Shown: piece after piece, positions 11,941 to 25,490 of the stretch | How positions within the stretch are numbered: position 1 is the first letter of the stretch | Layout of the letters: every line of letters begins with the position of its first letter | Source of the DNA: Dimargaris cristalligena | Lineage: Eukaryota | DNA length: 64,000 nucleotides | Reading direction: 5' to 3' | Assembly (NCBI GenBank): GCA_003614675.1 | Contig: ML002232.1 | Location: forward strand, 1-64,000 | Position numbers and translations under genes: made by a program | Notes under the pieces: generated by a model | Databases searched by the model: none | What the model was told of the DNA's origin: nothing | The model's input: the letters and a program-made list of their open reading frames with translations, nothing else

Positions 11941-13788
11941 GGCCTTTATGTGAAGTCAGGGCGGTAATATAAATGCGAGAATGGAGGAGGCCGCTGGGAA
12001 TGCAAGTACAAAGACGAACAGTGGTGGGTGGTCGTTTGACTAAATGGAAGAAGCCTGGAATGAACGAATGGAGGAATGCGAGAGGGAGGGGGATGAATTG
12101 GGCGCTGTTTGGGGCTGCTGATTGGATGGCAACAAAGTCAACTCCCACTTGACCTTTCTGTCATTCAAGTGCCAGTGTGTGTGAACCAACAATTTACGCG
12201 ACGCCCCCTCTCTCTCTCTCTCTCTCTTGCTTGGCTTGGTTTCCCTGTTCCGCCACACACTTCGCTTGCCTGGGCCTAGCTATGTGGGGCTAACATTGAG
12301 CCGACTGTATGGGGCAACCCCACCGGATTAAATTAAAAGGGTCAGCTTGGATTTTGCTATGATGATGGGCGTGGTGTATGGTTCTCTCCCAAACCGTGGC
12401 TGTTGCTACTGCCAAGTAAATCTGACAGACACACCCACCTCCCTTGCCAAATATGGCTACACGAAAGGGAGGAGGATCAAAAAGAGTTGGAGGGAAACGG
12501 GAGGTTTGGCAAGGTCACATCCATCCTGAGGCACCTTCTCCCAGGCGACGACAAGCCTTTGTCTGAGACTCCCTATAGCCACTTAATAATATCCGTGAGA
12601 TAAAATGGCGGGAGAGAAGATGTTCCATTATTTGCTTACTGCATTCGGGATGGTATTTCCGGCAATGTTGCTTGATTACGTGGTATTCAAAAGACACGGC
12701 TCATTAACCCCCTCCATGCAGGTCAAGCTCAGCCAAATTGACGGGGAGGCTTGGTGGGGTGAACGACCAGAGCGCGGGAACTCAAACGGCCGGGCCCAAA
12801 TGTTGCGAAGGAGATCAATGTAATATAATATATACATATATTATAAAGTAGTGGTGAAAATAGCCATCCTCCCTCCGGCCAAACAATGAAAACGGCCTGT
12901 CCGAGTGACCTCTTTGGACTTACCCCCCAGGGAAAAAAGGATAGCCCACTGATGTCAGAAAAGGGACCTTACGAACTATATTCTACGCCAGTCAGTATCC
13001 GTAGGTACACACGTAGGTCTCGTGTGTTTCATCCCGGCTACCTCCTCAGTCAACGCCTTTTTATGGATTAGGTCGATCAAGGGTCTCTCTATAGCGACTG
13101 CCGCCACCATTCTGGGCCCACACGGATATGCCCTTTACTTACGCCTTGTACCACTACCACCCCCTCTCCCTTACAACGTCTCAACCAAGCGCCGCGTATA
13201 ATAGTAATAATTGTAATAATGTCCTTATATATGCCCTTCCGGTTTTTACTCACCGGCGACCAACTCCAACTCCAATTCACCACACTCACACACTGGCCAC
13301 AGACGACCCGGAAGAATTAACCTTATTCGAGACATCGGAGTCTTCCGCTGTTCTCCACCACTCAATACCACGTACGATCGCTGCTAGTTAAGCCAACCAA
13401 CCAACTTCCCGCCTATTCTATTTATTATACCCCAATATTATTATACCAATAATTATGATTAATATGATAAACAATCTCCACTGGGGGAATAACGCGACTG
13501 GCCAAGTCGGAAGACTTTAGTAGAATCCCCCCTCCTGCCTGCTTGGATTAACCCCTCCTTCTCCTCCAATTACTACCTCGTTTTCCGGGCCACCTTGTGT
13601 AACCCCCTCATATCCTCCTTACATCTCAGTATTTAAGCACACCCATTTCCCCCTCCCACTGTCCAGGCAATTAATTAAGATTCCATCAATTCCACATCCA
13701 TCTCCCCTTTCCCTTCCCTTTTCTCTGGGTTTATTTCTGACGTGCCACATACTACTAACCAACCAACTCCCCCCTCCTTATCCCCAAT

Positions 13789-14658
13789 ATGTCGCCCACC
13801 CAACCCCAATGTGCCATCGTCACGGGCGGTGCCTCCGGTATCGGTCGCTGTCTAGTCACCGAACTCGTCCGCCTCGACTTTCGCGTGGTCGTCGGCGACC
13901 TCAACGAAGCAGCCGGCACTGAACTAGTCGCCGCCCTCAACGCCTCCGTTTCTGATTCACCATCATCATCATCATCATCAACCCCGCGGGCCGTGTTCGT
14001 CCACACCGACGTTACCCAACCCACCGCTTTCGCCACCCTGTTCCAAGCCGGTACCGACCATTTCGGCGCCGTCCACATTCTGGTCAACAACGCCGGGATT
14101 GCCCAGGCCGACCCGTTCTGGGCCACCGAGCAGTGGCGTAGCATGGTGGACGTGAATTTAACCGCCACCATGGCCGGTACCAGTGCGGCCATCCACTACT
14201 TTACTACCGTTGCGCCCACGTTACCGGCCACCCAAGCGGCGGGTTATAACACTAACAAAGTAGTCATTAATATGGCCTCCATGTCCGGCCTCGTCCCTTT
14301 TCCCGGTGATCCGATTTACGCCGCTACCAAAGCCGCCGTGGTCAACTTTACCCGTTCCCTACCGGATTTCACCCCTTTATTCGGTGGGGTACGGTTCAAC
14401 TGCCTGTGCCCCGCGTTTGTGGATACCCCCATGATTGACCGCCTCCGGGCCCAGAGTCCGCTCCATGAAGCTACCCTCGGTCGGGTCGCTAAAGTCACCG
14501 CGGAAGAAGTGGTCCAGGGCGTGCTTCGCTGCATCACCGAACGGGAATTGAATGGTGCTGCGTTGGTCATTGCTTGTCAGCGGGAACCCCAGGAACTTAA
14601 AACGGATCCCGTTTTGGTGGAATTGTTGAAGGATTCCCTGCCCGTTATCGACGCGTAA
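13789..14658 (+). CDS. Classical short-chain dehydrogenase/reductase, 15-hydroxyprostaglandin dehydrogenase-like (289 aa)
   Basis: TGGASGIG Rossmann motif, acidic D after beta-2 (NAD preference), NNAG, catalytic S and YAATK, CPAFVDT. Confidence 0.92.
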   Translation: MSPTQPQCAIVTGGASGIGRCLVTELVRLDFRVVVGDLNEAAGTELVAALNASVSDSPSSSSSSTPRAVFVHTDVTQPTAFATLFQAGTDHFGAVHILVNNAGIAQADPFWATEQWRSMVDVNLTATMAGTSAAIHYFTTVAPTLPATQAAGYNTNKVVINMASMSGLVPFPGDPIYAATKAAVVNFTRSLPDFTPLFGGVRFNCLCPAFVDTPMIDRLRAQSPLHEATLGRVAKVTAEEVVQGVLRCITERELNGAALVIACQREPQELKTDPVLVELLKDSLPVIDA

Positions 14659-15683
14659 ATAAGGTTGGAGTTGGTAAAGGTGGGGGAAAGTGTGTGTGTG
14701 TATGTGGGGGGGGGGGTCCCGTAACAAATCCAGCTTAATAACAATGGTTTAAGGAAGGGGGGTGAACGTGTGTGGATCTAACCCGGTATAGAGGGAGGAA
14801 GATCGATGTCGTTCGCCCCGGTTGATGTTTATCCATGCCCACCACCCTTCACTATTGCCTATTCACTATATATCCTCTCTCCCCCTCCCTCTCTCTCTAT
14901 ATATAATTTTAATGGTTTACCAGTGATATTTCGCAAGGCGGATGGCTGGTAATACCCATTGTAGCATTCTTCCTGTTATACCAATCCCCCCCTCCTCTCC
15001 TCTCCTCTCCCCGAATTCACCCTTGTTGGATCTGTTCTTTAGTCAATCGGCGGTAGAGATGCCCCGCAATATCCCGTATCCAGTTGGATGTTATCTCTAA
15101 AAGGTAACATAACAAAGAAGGGCACATCCACACATCCCCTTCTTATTATTACTATTGTTAATCTACGGACTGCCGATTTTCGAGTGGCAAGGGTTACTTT
15201 CATCATCGTTTGACAATCCCTTCCTTTTCCCTATCAAATCACCTATTTAAGTTAACACTGTGTGGCCCAATGACCTTACTATATTGTATATCTTGGCAGT
15301 GCGTGATCCGACCATTTTTCTTGGGTCAATTTTAGTTCTAATAAACCTATAATGAAAACCATATATATTCCGGAGAATTGGATGGATTATTAGTATGTTT
15401 TTACGGTGGCTTTTCAAACGGAAACGCTTTTGGGAAATCCGTAAGACCTTATTCGGATTTGATTAATAACCAGATAACACCAATCCTCTTAATCGATTAA
15501 CTGGGCATTTATATTTATATCAATCTTCCCCTTTCAAAAAAAACAACAACAACAACAAGGGAAGTCGTTTTCAAAATACTCCCTTCTCACTCATTAAAAA
15601 TTGTATTTAAATATTAAAATAAAAGAATAAAATCTGGTCTGGGCTAGTCACCCACAAACACACAAATAATATGGGGTTTAAAT

Positions 15684-18600
15684 CTACTCCGATTGAATTT
15701 TAGGGGACGAAAAAGGGACCAACGCCTTATGGGCCGCCACAATCCGCTGGCCCAGTCGTTCGGCGTTCCAATCCAGACTCAGTACCGTCGGGGAAAATTC
15801 GATACCGAACATCAGTTTAATTCCGTACACGATCGCCTGCGCCTGCTCGTCACTGATTTGGTAGAACGGGTCCTCGATGGATTCCAAATGGTACAAGTCC
15901 GCTGGATTCGGGGTCGTCGTCATCGTTACCTTGGTCTCCGTCGCCGTGGTGGTCGACCCTGGGGATGCTGGTAATAAGGCTGGTGATGTGACTGTTGATG
16001 TGGACGTAGAAAGCGACAGTCGGTTCGTAAAGTCCCGGGTCGGCGCCAGACACCGCTGCAGCAGGGGGAACATCGCTTCAGCCACGAGTCGGGGATCCTC
16101 CAGCATAGCCTCAGTTAAGGGAATCCGGTCCACGGCGATTTCAAAAGGTTGGGTCAGAGTCAGTACGGTATGGGAATTGTCGCAATGGTAACGGATTTCA
16201 TAGGTACCGATTTCCCAGGGTAGCGTGCGGCCACTAAAAGTGACGGTGCCGCGGTAGACGGTCTGGGGGTGGCCCTGGAGGGTTTTGGTGACCAAATAGG
16301 GTGACTGGACTGAGGTGGGTATGGGCGATTGTGGTGATGATGATGATAATAATAATGATGGAGATAGTGGTGATTGCGGCTCAGGAAGTTGTTGTGACTG
16401 GTCAGATGACGGTACCTGGGGTCGCGAAGGGGGGGATATTAAAGATGGTGTATCCTTAACCGATGCTAGGTCAAATACCGGGGTAGTAGGCGACTCAGCA
16501 GGGATAGTCGAGTGGTCATCGGCATCAGCATCGACACCGCCATCGTCTTCGCCATCATGGAAGGTATTATTTAGAAGGGGTGACTCAACTACCGGAACCA
16601 CATAATGGTAGCGGCCTTTCGAGGACGATGATGATACCCGATCCGATGGATTGGACGTCACCTTATAAATCCCGATCCAGTCACGGGGCGAGTGGTCCAG
16701 TGGGGCCTGCCAGTTGACGTGAATGGGTTCACCGAGCGCATACACCAACGGGGACGCCGAGTTGGATGACGACGATGAGGCCGAGTTCCGACTTCCACCA
16801 CTGTCATTTTTCTTCTTTTTGGGTGGGGAAGTGGGTGGCGAGTGCGTATCAGCAGTATTCATCGTGGGCGAGTTCGGCCCAGAAGTTCCGGTCATACTCG
16901 GGTAGCGCGGGGTCCGGGCGAAGCGACGGGTTTTGGTGTCAGTTGGCTTACATGTGGTGGGGGGTACCAGTTCCACCGCGTACGCGCCGAGGTTAGCGCG
17001 TAGCCGGGCCAGATGCCTTGCTGATTTCGTGGCCGCGATGCGGGCTTTGGAATGGTTCACCAAGGACCGGGTATCGTCGACCATGTCCCGGAGTAGTGGC
17101 TTAGCTCGGGTGAGGATCAGACCATTGACGAGGTCGGTTGTTTCTTCGACAACGTGTTCGAGGGTTTCGCGGACGTGGCTAATTACGCGGTCGGCGAACC
17201 ATTCGTGGGCGAGGCCCGACGACTGGGAATGCGAGGAGGTGGTGGCTGTTGGGCCATCTTCGGAATCCGTCGGGGCTGACGAAGGGGCGGAAGTGGACAG
17301 ATCGTCCAAATGAAGGATATCACGGACCTTGGCCGGAATAAGCTGCACGTGACGCACTGATTTCGTTACACCGGCTTCCTGGCGCACCTTATCGCCATAT
17401 AATTGGTGCATGTGCGGCGACTCCACATACTTCAAAAACCAAAAATTCGAAATCTGCATAAACAGGGTAACGGCGAACATGGTCCAACTCCCCGCCAGGA
17501 GGGACAGGCCCCAAAAGGCGGCATGGCCCATGATTTTCTCGGGGTTATTGAGGAACCGGTAGATGCCCGTATAATACAGGGTACTCGGGTATTCATCAAT
17601 AAAGAAATCGCCATAGAACCAGCCGAAATCTCCCAGCACGTCGTAGACCGACAGGGCGGTCCACACGTGGAGCAGAATCAGCAGAAGGCCGAAGGTGTGG
17701 CGGAGGAGGAGGTGGGTGTAGGTGTCGAAAGTCCATTCGGCGGACCAGTGGTAATATTGGATGGTGAGGAGGCCGTAACTGACGTAGTTCATGACCTGGC
17801 CCAGGTTAAACAGCACCTTCCAGTTGGCGAAACTGTCCGCGATGGTGCCTCCGAATTTGATGAAGTGCCGGGTCCATAGTTTGTCCTGGCTCTGGCGGTA
17901 CAGAATCCAGCCCAGGAAATGAATGCGGAACAGCACCCAGAACAGCGCCTGCAGGGTGGTCACAATGGCTCCCATGGACGGCCGCTCGCCGCCTTGACCA
18001 GAATCATCCGAGGCGGAACTAGCCCCGCCACTACCACTGCCGGCGAGGTTGGTGAATAGGGAAAGGGCGACGGCCTGGGCCACCACGAGCACCACCAGGA
18101 TATCACTTGCTCGGAAGAAATCGATGTTCTTGAATACGACCATATCGCGGCGGAAGTAGGTGTTGTAGATATCCTTTACGGAGAAGAACTGGCGCCGCCA
18201 CTGCTGTGGACTGTAATTATTTGCGGATGCTTGGGATGGGGTGGTCGAATCCACATCAGCGGAGGTGTCATCAGACGCCGCCGGGGAAGTGGCAGTGCCA
18301 TCGGTAGTGGATGTAGTGGTGGGCAGGGACGCGGGACGCGGACTGGGGGAGAATTCGGGGCCATTTGGAATGATAGTCGGCAGGGCGGCCGGGGTATTGT
18401 TGTAGGTTTTATCGATATGGGGATTTTCGACCATACTCAAGAAGGCGAACTGGCAGGCGTGGGCCAATAAACCAATGTAGAATACGGTCAGACTGCCGGC
18501 GATTAGGGCGGCGCCGTAGTAACCGATGTAGCCCACTGAGTACATGGGGTGGGGGGCCATTTCAAACACACCGTCAAAGGTGAGGGACTGGTCAATCAGA

Positions 18601-20101
18601 AAGAAAAAGTCCCCCCAGTACCAGGCGAAATCTTTAATGACGCGGTGGGCGTCGACCTTGACCCACAAATTAAACAGGAGCAGGAAGGTGCCCCCGGCGT
18701 ACCGGAGCAGGTCCTGAATGAAAGTGGTGGACGTGGGTTCGGGGATGGTGAAGTACGACAGGGCGAAGCACAGGTAGGTCACGAAATCATTGATCAAAAT
18801 CAAATCGACCAGCTGGCGGAAGAGCAGCCAGGTGTTGAATTCCAGCGGGACGCGGTCAAAGTCATAGTCGGGGCCCATTTTGGCGGACAGCTCGTGTTTC
18901 AGGGCGGTGTAATACGCTCCGCCGGTTTGGGGGTGGAACCAGCCCCGGCGCTGGGCCCACTTGACCAGCTGGCGCCGGTCGCTCTGCTGCTTGAGCAGGT
19001 AGCCCAGGCCGCCGTTGTACAGGCCCCGCCAAAATAAAAAGAGGGCGATGAAGAGGGGCCGCTTGATGTACGTCGGGAGAATAAAGAGCAGGCTGATTTG
19101 GAAGCCCATCACGGCGAGCGTCACATAATCGAAGGTGGTTTTGCCGCGGCCGACGCTAAACAGCGCCGTGATGAAGTCGTGGGTCTGCGGCACTTGGAAG
19201 ACTAGAAAATGATTAGATTTAAATCGACGGGGAAATGAGAGGAGTGATAGTGGGATAGTGGGTGTACGGTTAAGCTAGTGTAATTGGTTGGATCTTATTC
19301 ACTCGTAGATGGATCTGGTTCCTTGACCCTGTAATGCCATTAGGAGGAATTTTCCCACCGTCCCCCAACTAAACCAGATAGCCTTCTACAGGACTGAGGG
19401 CACAAGAAAGGGGGTGGCGTGACTCATTTGAAGACCTCCTCTTTAGCGAAAACGAATCACTAGAGCAGAGGCCGCCTCTCCTAACAACAACTGCTCCCCA
19501 GCCTGTCTGACTCAAACCCGGGGCCTAAATTGGCGAGCATGGTCGCTCTATGGCTGAGTCAGCACATTAGGGTGAGATGAGAGAGAAAGGGCTGGTGGTA
19601 CAAGCGAACAGTTTGATCCTCACGGAATTCCAATATCCACCACGGATCACGCAATTTCCGGAGCAAGAGAGGAAGGGAGAGAAGTGATTAATCCCCCCGC
19701 CCCACACAACTACGGCAGGGATCACCCTTACTATCCACTATCAACTGACCCTCTCCCCCTCTCTGTTACTCCCGTAGGACCATATTGGCATGGATATATG
19801 CAGAAGAGCTAACTACTCCCAGGCCAAGCGAAGGTGGCCAATGGACCATAGACTTACCCTTGCCGGGTTTTCCGGGCACACGGCCGTAGGCCACCGAGGG
19901 TTGTTTCGCCGTGGGGTGGTGGTGGTCGTGGTTGTCGGGCTCGGCCGCAGCGGCGGGGGCTGCCGACGTAGAAGCGGTGGGGTTCTGACTGGACGGGGGC
20001 GTCAAGGGTCGGTGTTGGGTCGTTGGTGCTGCTTGGTCACCACCGCCGGCCGCGGCCGCATTATTATCAGCGGCCTCGGAGTAAGGGGTCCGCTGGCGCA
20101 T
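15684..20101 (-). CDS. CHO2: Phosphatidylethanolamine N-methyltransferase (~1253 aa); exons 20101-19858, 19201-15684
   Basis: Spliced junction YGRVPGKPGK/VFQVPQTHD; two PEMT repeats (DFAWYWGDFFF...FDGVFEMAPHPMYSVGY and GDFGWFYGDFF...YTGIYRFLNNPE); C-terminal DWIGIYKV...GTYEIRYH domain. Confidence 0.96.
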
Positions 20102-20927
20102 ATGAAGTCTAAGTGTATACCACACCGCCGGGGGAATGCGAGGGCTACGAATGACAAAGGTCGAGAGAATACCAACGGAGGAATAGGGGGGAATACGAAT
20201 GCGGTAAGGTTAAACCCGACGAGGTTTAAGAGAAGTCACCGAAAATAACCAAAGAGAAGTAAGTGTGGAGTCAAAGAGAGCGTTAGCTACAAACCAGGTG
20301 TTTCAGTTGACGAAGGCAAGAAGCATATATATATAAGTGTATATGCTCTCTCTCCTTTAAATAGTTTGGTATGTAGGAGGAGGTGGTATATATTAACCCA
20401 TAGGTGTCGTCTAATAAACCAGGCCAGAGCACGATACCATAGGAGCCCCAAATATTTCCAGCACAGGGGGAGAAAAAGGTAGGCTACTTCGTCGGGAACA
20501 GCGCGCCCAGAAAAAAACAGGGGGAGTCTCTCTTCTATCAGCCAATCCAGATAAGCTATGCCTAAGAATCCCCCCCATCCCATCATACTTGGTATCGAGC
20601 ATCCGACAAGGCCAACGGGGTGCAAGTATAGTACGTACGCGGTCCCGTGGATATCTAAGCAATCCTATGATATATATATATATATATATATATTGATATA
20701 TGGGGAATAATCTGGTTAATCTTTAGCATACCTAGAAAGCCGTCCGGAAGAGCAGGAATGAAATTCCTGAAAAAGCTGAATATAAAAGAGGAGAGGAGAA
20801 GCAAAGAAAAGGAGCGAACTAATTGATCGAGCTGATACGAGTGCTCATAAGCCAGGGCGAAGGGCCACCAAAACAGTTTAGAATTTATTGAAGGGAAAGG
20901 AAGAGAGAGAGAAGAGCCAGCCAGGGA

Positions 20928-20962
20928 ATTGATTTGATTTGATTTGATTTGATTTGATTTGA
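20928..20962. repeat. (GATTT)n pentanucleotide microsatellite
   Basis: About 6-7 tandem GATTT units directly visible. Confidence 0.9.
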
Positions 20963-21567
20963 ATAGCCCTCTCCTCTCCCCCGCCCTTTTATAAGTCTAC
21001 TCTCCATATCCCTCCATGACCAATGTGGCAGTGACCCCCGGTGGGGGTGATTTCCAGCCCCAAGCAAGATGCTTGATTATATATTAGTATCCCCCCTTCT
21101 CCCATATGGGATGAATGGCCCAGCCACAGGCAGAGTAAAAGTAGTACCCGACTCTATTCACTTACTTAATCTACTCTGCTTAATCACACTAGCCAAATCG
21201 ATCCCTGCGCCCCTGGAGGTTTATCTGTACTCGTCAAGCGGGTGGTGCAAGCCCTGACTAAAAAATTACCTTCTTTCCCTGCCGCACGTACTCTCCTCCT
21301 CCACCACCTGTTCCTCCATGTACGACCCCCACCCGGCAGGGATTTAATGCAACCTAGCCCTAGCCCCAAGTCATACCCAGGAATAAAAAGGACTGTTCCC
21401 TCAAGACTTCCTTCCCCATCTCCACTGAATGGTTAATGATAAATTGGCGGCGGTCAATAGAGGCAAACTAACCAATCCTATAACAACCATCGGGAGGATG
21501 AAAATGATGCTGTTGAAATGTTGGCACTAGCAATGTGTGAGAGACACCATCAACCTCTCCGTCTATC

Positions 21568-21581
21568 ACTAACTAACTAAC

Positions 21582-21612
<31 letters not shown>

Positions 21613-21660
21613 ACCAATGGGATGATTCTAATTTTAGTAAGTAGTTAGTTAGTTAGTTAG
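21568..21660. repeat. Inverted pair of tetranucleotide microsatellites: (CTAA)n at 21568-21612 and (TTAG)n at 21642-21660
   Basis: Directly visible; the two tracts are reverse complements separated by ~29 bp. Confidence 0.85.
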
Positions 21661-22888
21661 CAAGATAACCTAAAATGCCACACAACCCCAGCGTACCCGG
21701 TGGTGGTGTGAGAAAAGACTACACCGAAATCTCCCCAATCACATTCCTGCCAAGTTAAATGGCCCGTTCAAGCCTGTAGATTACACCGCCACTAATATAT
21801 AATCCAATGCCTTCCTCCAACCAACCAGCTAACCGAAATAGAGCATGAATGGGGAGAGACTCGCCTAATCCTCCTCCTATATTATTATTTATTCATAAGG
21901 AAAGCTACAAACTAATAAAACGGATCCGCGTGGGGATTGGATAGATTGATTGATTATTTTTCTCTTCGAATCGGCGGGAACGAGGGCTCTTCTACATTCT
22001 TCTCTCCTCCGCCCCTCTCGCAAGCACGCCATCGCTAAAATACGTGGAGGTATAAAACGTGAAAATATAAAAATCACGTGGATGGCTGGTGGGGTGCCTC
22101 TTACATAATAAAATAGGCCTTTCCCAACACGTCGGGACATAGACAAGTATGGCGCTAAAGATAAACATCAGGCCACACCGACACACATATTACCAACTAC
22201 CACCACGTTTCATCTACCCCACTCTATCCCATGTACTTACCACTCACTCTGTTAATTATCGTACCATTCTATCCGCCCTCTAACCCAACATTACTGGCTA
22301 AAAGTCATTGGCATATGAGGAGGTACTGTGTCACAAGTAAAAGGGTAGATCAGTTCCCGGGCCAAGATAAACAGAACAGGGCTGACTATGCACAGATGAC
22401 CTGGTTATGTCCTACCCGGTAAGGTTCAGGGGGCACGTGTAGGTGTAGAGCTACAAGAAACCCACTTAAACCTAATCTGGCTTTTGGGCCAAATCCATAG
22501 ATAATGAATCACTCCCACCATCTCCATACACATTCCTGTACCACCATATATTTCTCTCATGGATCCCCGAAAATTAATATCGCACCATCATTTAATCTGG
22601 ACCAGTGGGTCCTGCTTAACGTAGAAATTGCGAGTAGCTATAATGCGAGGTGGTGAGAATGAATGTTAGCTTGAAATATGAATTAAAAAAGGAATAAGGG
22701 GAATATACAATAAAAGATTCGGGGGCCGGAAAAAACTGAAAGGTCGAATTGGAATATAGAACTAGATCATTCGGTATGGCTGATATGAATAGGGATGTGG
22801 GTTAAACTAATTGTGTCCAGCCATAAGGTTCAGGCATGAACAAGATTCCCCACCCTTATGAGCATCGTAAAACACTAAACCGACCAAG

Positions 22889-25006
22889 TTAAGATTCGTT
22901 CAACTCGACGTAGTTGGCTATTGAGCGGTTTCAGAAAGAAGTTAAGTTACAATATAAATACAATCAAAATCAAATCATATACAATTAGTGATTATGTCGT
23001 CGGTATATAAACATTCGCTATTTTTTTTTTGATAAATTGCAAACCCACACACGAGGAAATACCCCTAATGACATGTCACCCAGATATAATAGTGGGTTAA
23101 TTTACCTGGGAAAAGCCCAATATGTCCGGCCTGATTAGTGCCCTGCCACCACTCGTCGGACACAAACTCAATGTGGGTAATGGTCTCCCCTTCGGCGAAT
23201 TGAAGTTCGTTGTCTTCGGACGGCTCAAAGTCGAAGACAGCCACGGCCGTGTTACCTTGGTCCTTGGGCGCGGGGGCAGCCGGGGCCGGCGGAGCAGGTG
23301 GGGCAGGAGGGGCAGGAGGGGCCGCGGGGGGTGCCTACGATAAATAAAATGGTCAGTAGTGGGGGAGGGATATTATTATACACGGGGAAAATAGGATATG
23401 TTAGCCAATATGATACGCACTGTGTTTTGAAGAAAAATAGTCACAGGCCCCAACTCATTGACGTATTGCATTGGTCAGGCAGAAGGACTATTACAGCGAA
23501 GGGAAATACCGGCATTTGTATCGCTACTGTATTTTTGTTTCAAAGTAAACCGGATGCAGGCTAAACACTTACCGGGGCACTGGCCGCAGGCGGAGTTTCG
23601 ACAATCTCGACGTAGTTGGCCGGGAACATGCCAGACAATTTACCATCTTCACTGAAACCGAACCACCAGTCATCCGCCAGTTTGTCCACGTGGTAGACTA
23701 ACTCGCCCTCCTCCAAGGTCAACTCATTGTCCTCTTCCGCTTCGTAGCTGTACAGCACCCGAGCAGTCAGGCCATTATCACCACCACTACTAGTAGCAGC
23801 CGTCGCCGCTGATCTTTCCTTGGGTTGCTCAGAAAGGGCAGTGGCCTGTTCGAAACGCTGCGCTAGTTCCTCTTCAGCCCGGAGGCGAGCTTCTTCCTTT
23901 TCATGGGCCTCGGCCTCCTCACGAGCCTTGCGCTGGCGACGCTCCTCCTCTTCCGCCTTCTCGGCCGCCTGTTTACGGGCCGTCTCCTCGGCTTCGCGCC
24001 GCTTTTGCTCCACTAGCTGACGTTCTTTCTCAGCTTCAGCCTCTCGTTGGCGACGTTGGTTCTCTTCGGCCTCCCGCTCTTGTTGGGCACGCTGACGGGC
24101 CTCTTCAGCCTCGCGTTGGCGACGCGCATCCTCCTCTTGAGTCTGGCGCTCCCGATCCATCTGGGCCTGGCGCTCTTCCTGTTCCTGACGTTCGCGATCC
24201 ATTTGCGCCTGGCGTTCCTCCTGTTCCTTACGCTCACGTTCCCGACGTTCAGTTTCTTCACGCTCGCGGGTCAAACGGTCGGCTTCGGCCTGTTCGCTCT
24301 CTTGCCGTTCACGTTCGCGGCGCTCCTCTTCGGCCCGAGTTTGTCGGTCACGATCGGCCTGTTCCTGACGTTCCTTCTCTGCTTGGCGGCGGCGTTCGTC
24401 TTCGGCTTCCCGGGCGGCCTGGGCCCGACTCTCAGCTTCCCACTCGACTTGGGGGCTTCGGGCACCGCTGCGATTGCGAAGGGCTTCCAGTTCCTTGTTG
24501 CGCTCCTGTTGCGCCGAACTTTGCGAATACGATGGCGAGGCACCACCCGGCTGGCGGCGAGACAAATCGGGGACTTGTGTTTTCTGGTACACCGAGCCCA
24601 CCGGGCGGACCGGCTCCTGGGGCCGCGACTGTTCGTGGTGGACGGAGTAGCGAGCACCCGAACTCTCGCTGATTTTCTTTCGGATGCGGACCGGGTCGAC
24701 ATCGTCCTAGTTAGCCATTAACCAAAGTATTCAGAGGGTTGGTAGACATACCGAGGGATTATTACGGGGGAACAGCTTACACTTCCACTTCTATTTCAAT
24801 GCACTAATATTAGAAAGAGATTTTAAGCGGAGGCGAATTGCTTCGGAATTTTAGTCTCGGTCTGTCTTGGTTGGACAGACTATTTAATTCAATACCGGGG
24901 CGGACACTTACCTCATCGCGAGCATCGATTTGAACATGGTAGCCCTATATGAGCAATTGGTAAAAGGGGGAATTCAAGGGCATATACTTGGGGTTAGACG
25001 GGCGCA

Positions 25007-25041
<35 letters not shown>

Positions 25042-25490
25042 GTAAGAAAACCCTTTGGTCTACGGCCCAGCAGCATTCATCAAACTGGTCGAGCAGTAGT
25101 ACATCGACGCATATACCCCAAAGTCGCCCTATCACAACTGGGTCCGGAACTTACCTTGAAGTAGGTGGATACATCGTGGAGATGGGACCCGAACAGACCC
25201 TTCTTAGCCACGGGCACGCCGGACCCGCACCACGAAATCAGGGCAAACTTGGGCAGGCCGGTGTTACTGTCCTGCACCCGCACAAAAGCGTACTGGATTT
25301 TGCCGTCGTCGAACTCCTCGGCCAGGTCATCCAGGTCGCCGTCGCCGGTTTCCAGAACCCGCAGGTCGTTGGTACCCCGGTCGTAGCCGTAGATAGCCCA
25401 GCTGATGGACGCATCACCCGCTAGAATGCTCTTGTGGGTAGACACGAGGTCCTGCGAATGCGGGGTGAAATTGACCTTGATATTGGACAT
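22889..25490 (-). CDS. ABP1: Abp1/drebrin-like actin-binding protein: ADF-H, charged helix, SH3, Pro-rich linker, SH3 (~586 aa); exons 25490-25155, 24944-24912, 24706-23573, 23334-23106, 22917-22889
   Basis: ADF-H (WAIYGYD...EEFDDGKIQYAFVRVQDSNTGLPKFALISWCGSGVP/GYHVQIDARDE); SH3-1 ARVLYSYEAEEDNEL...DDWW...GMFPANYVE; SH3-2 AVAVFDFEPSEDNEL...DEWW...GLFP/ANYVE. All junctions GT-AG and in phase. Confidence 0.93.

Noticed and set aside
12605..12823. 72-aa ATG ORF with a hydrophobic N-terminus
   Set aside because: Short, with no motif, splice or compositional support.
17403..19037. Plus-strand ORFs of 158 and 162 aa
   Set aside because: Antisense to CHO2 exon 2; no independent evidence.
24047..24721. 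224-aa hydrophobic plus-strand ORF resembling a membrane protein
   Set aside because: Reverse complement of the Glu/Arg/Lys-rich ABP1 exon, which automatically yields Leu/Phe-rich text.
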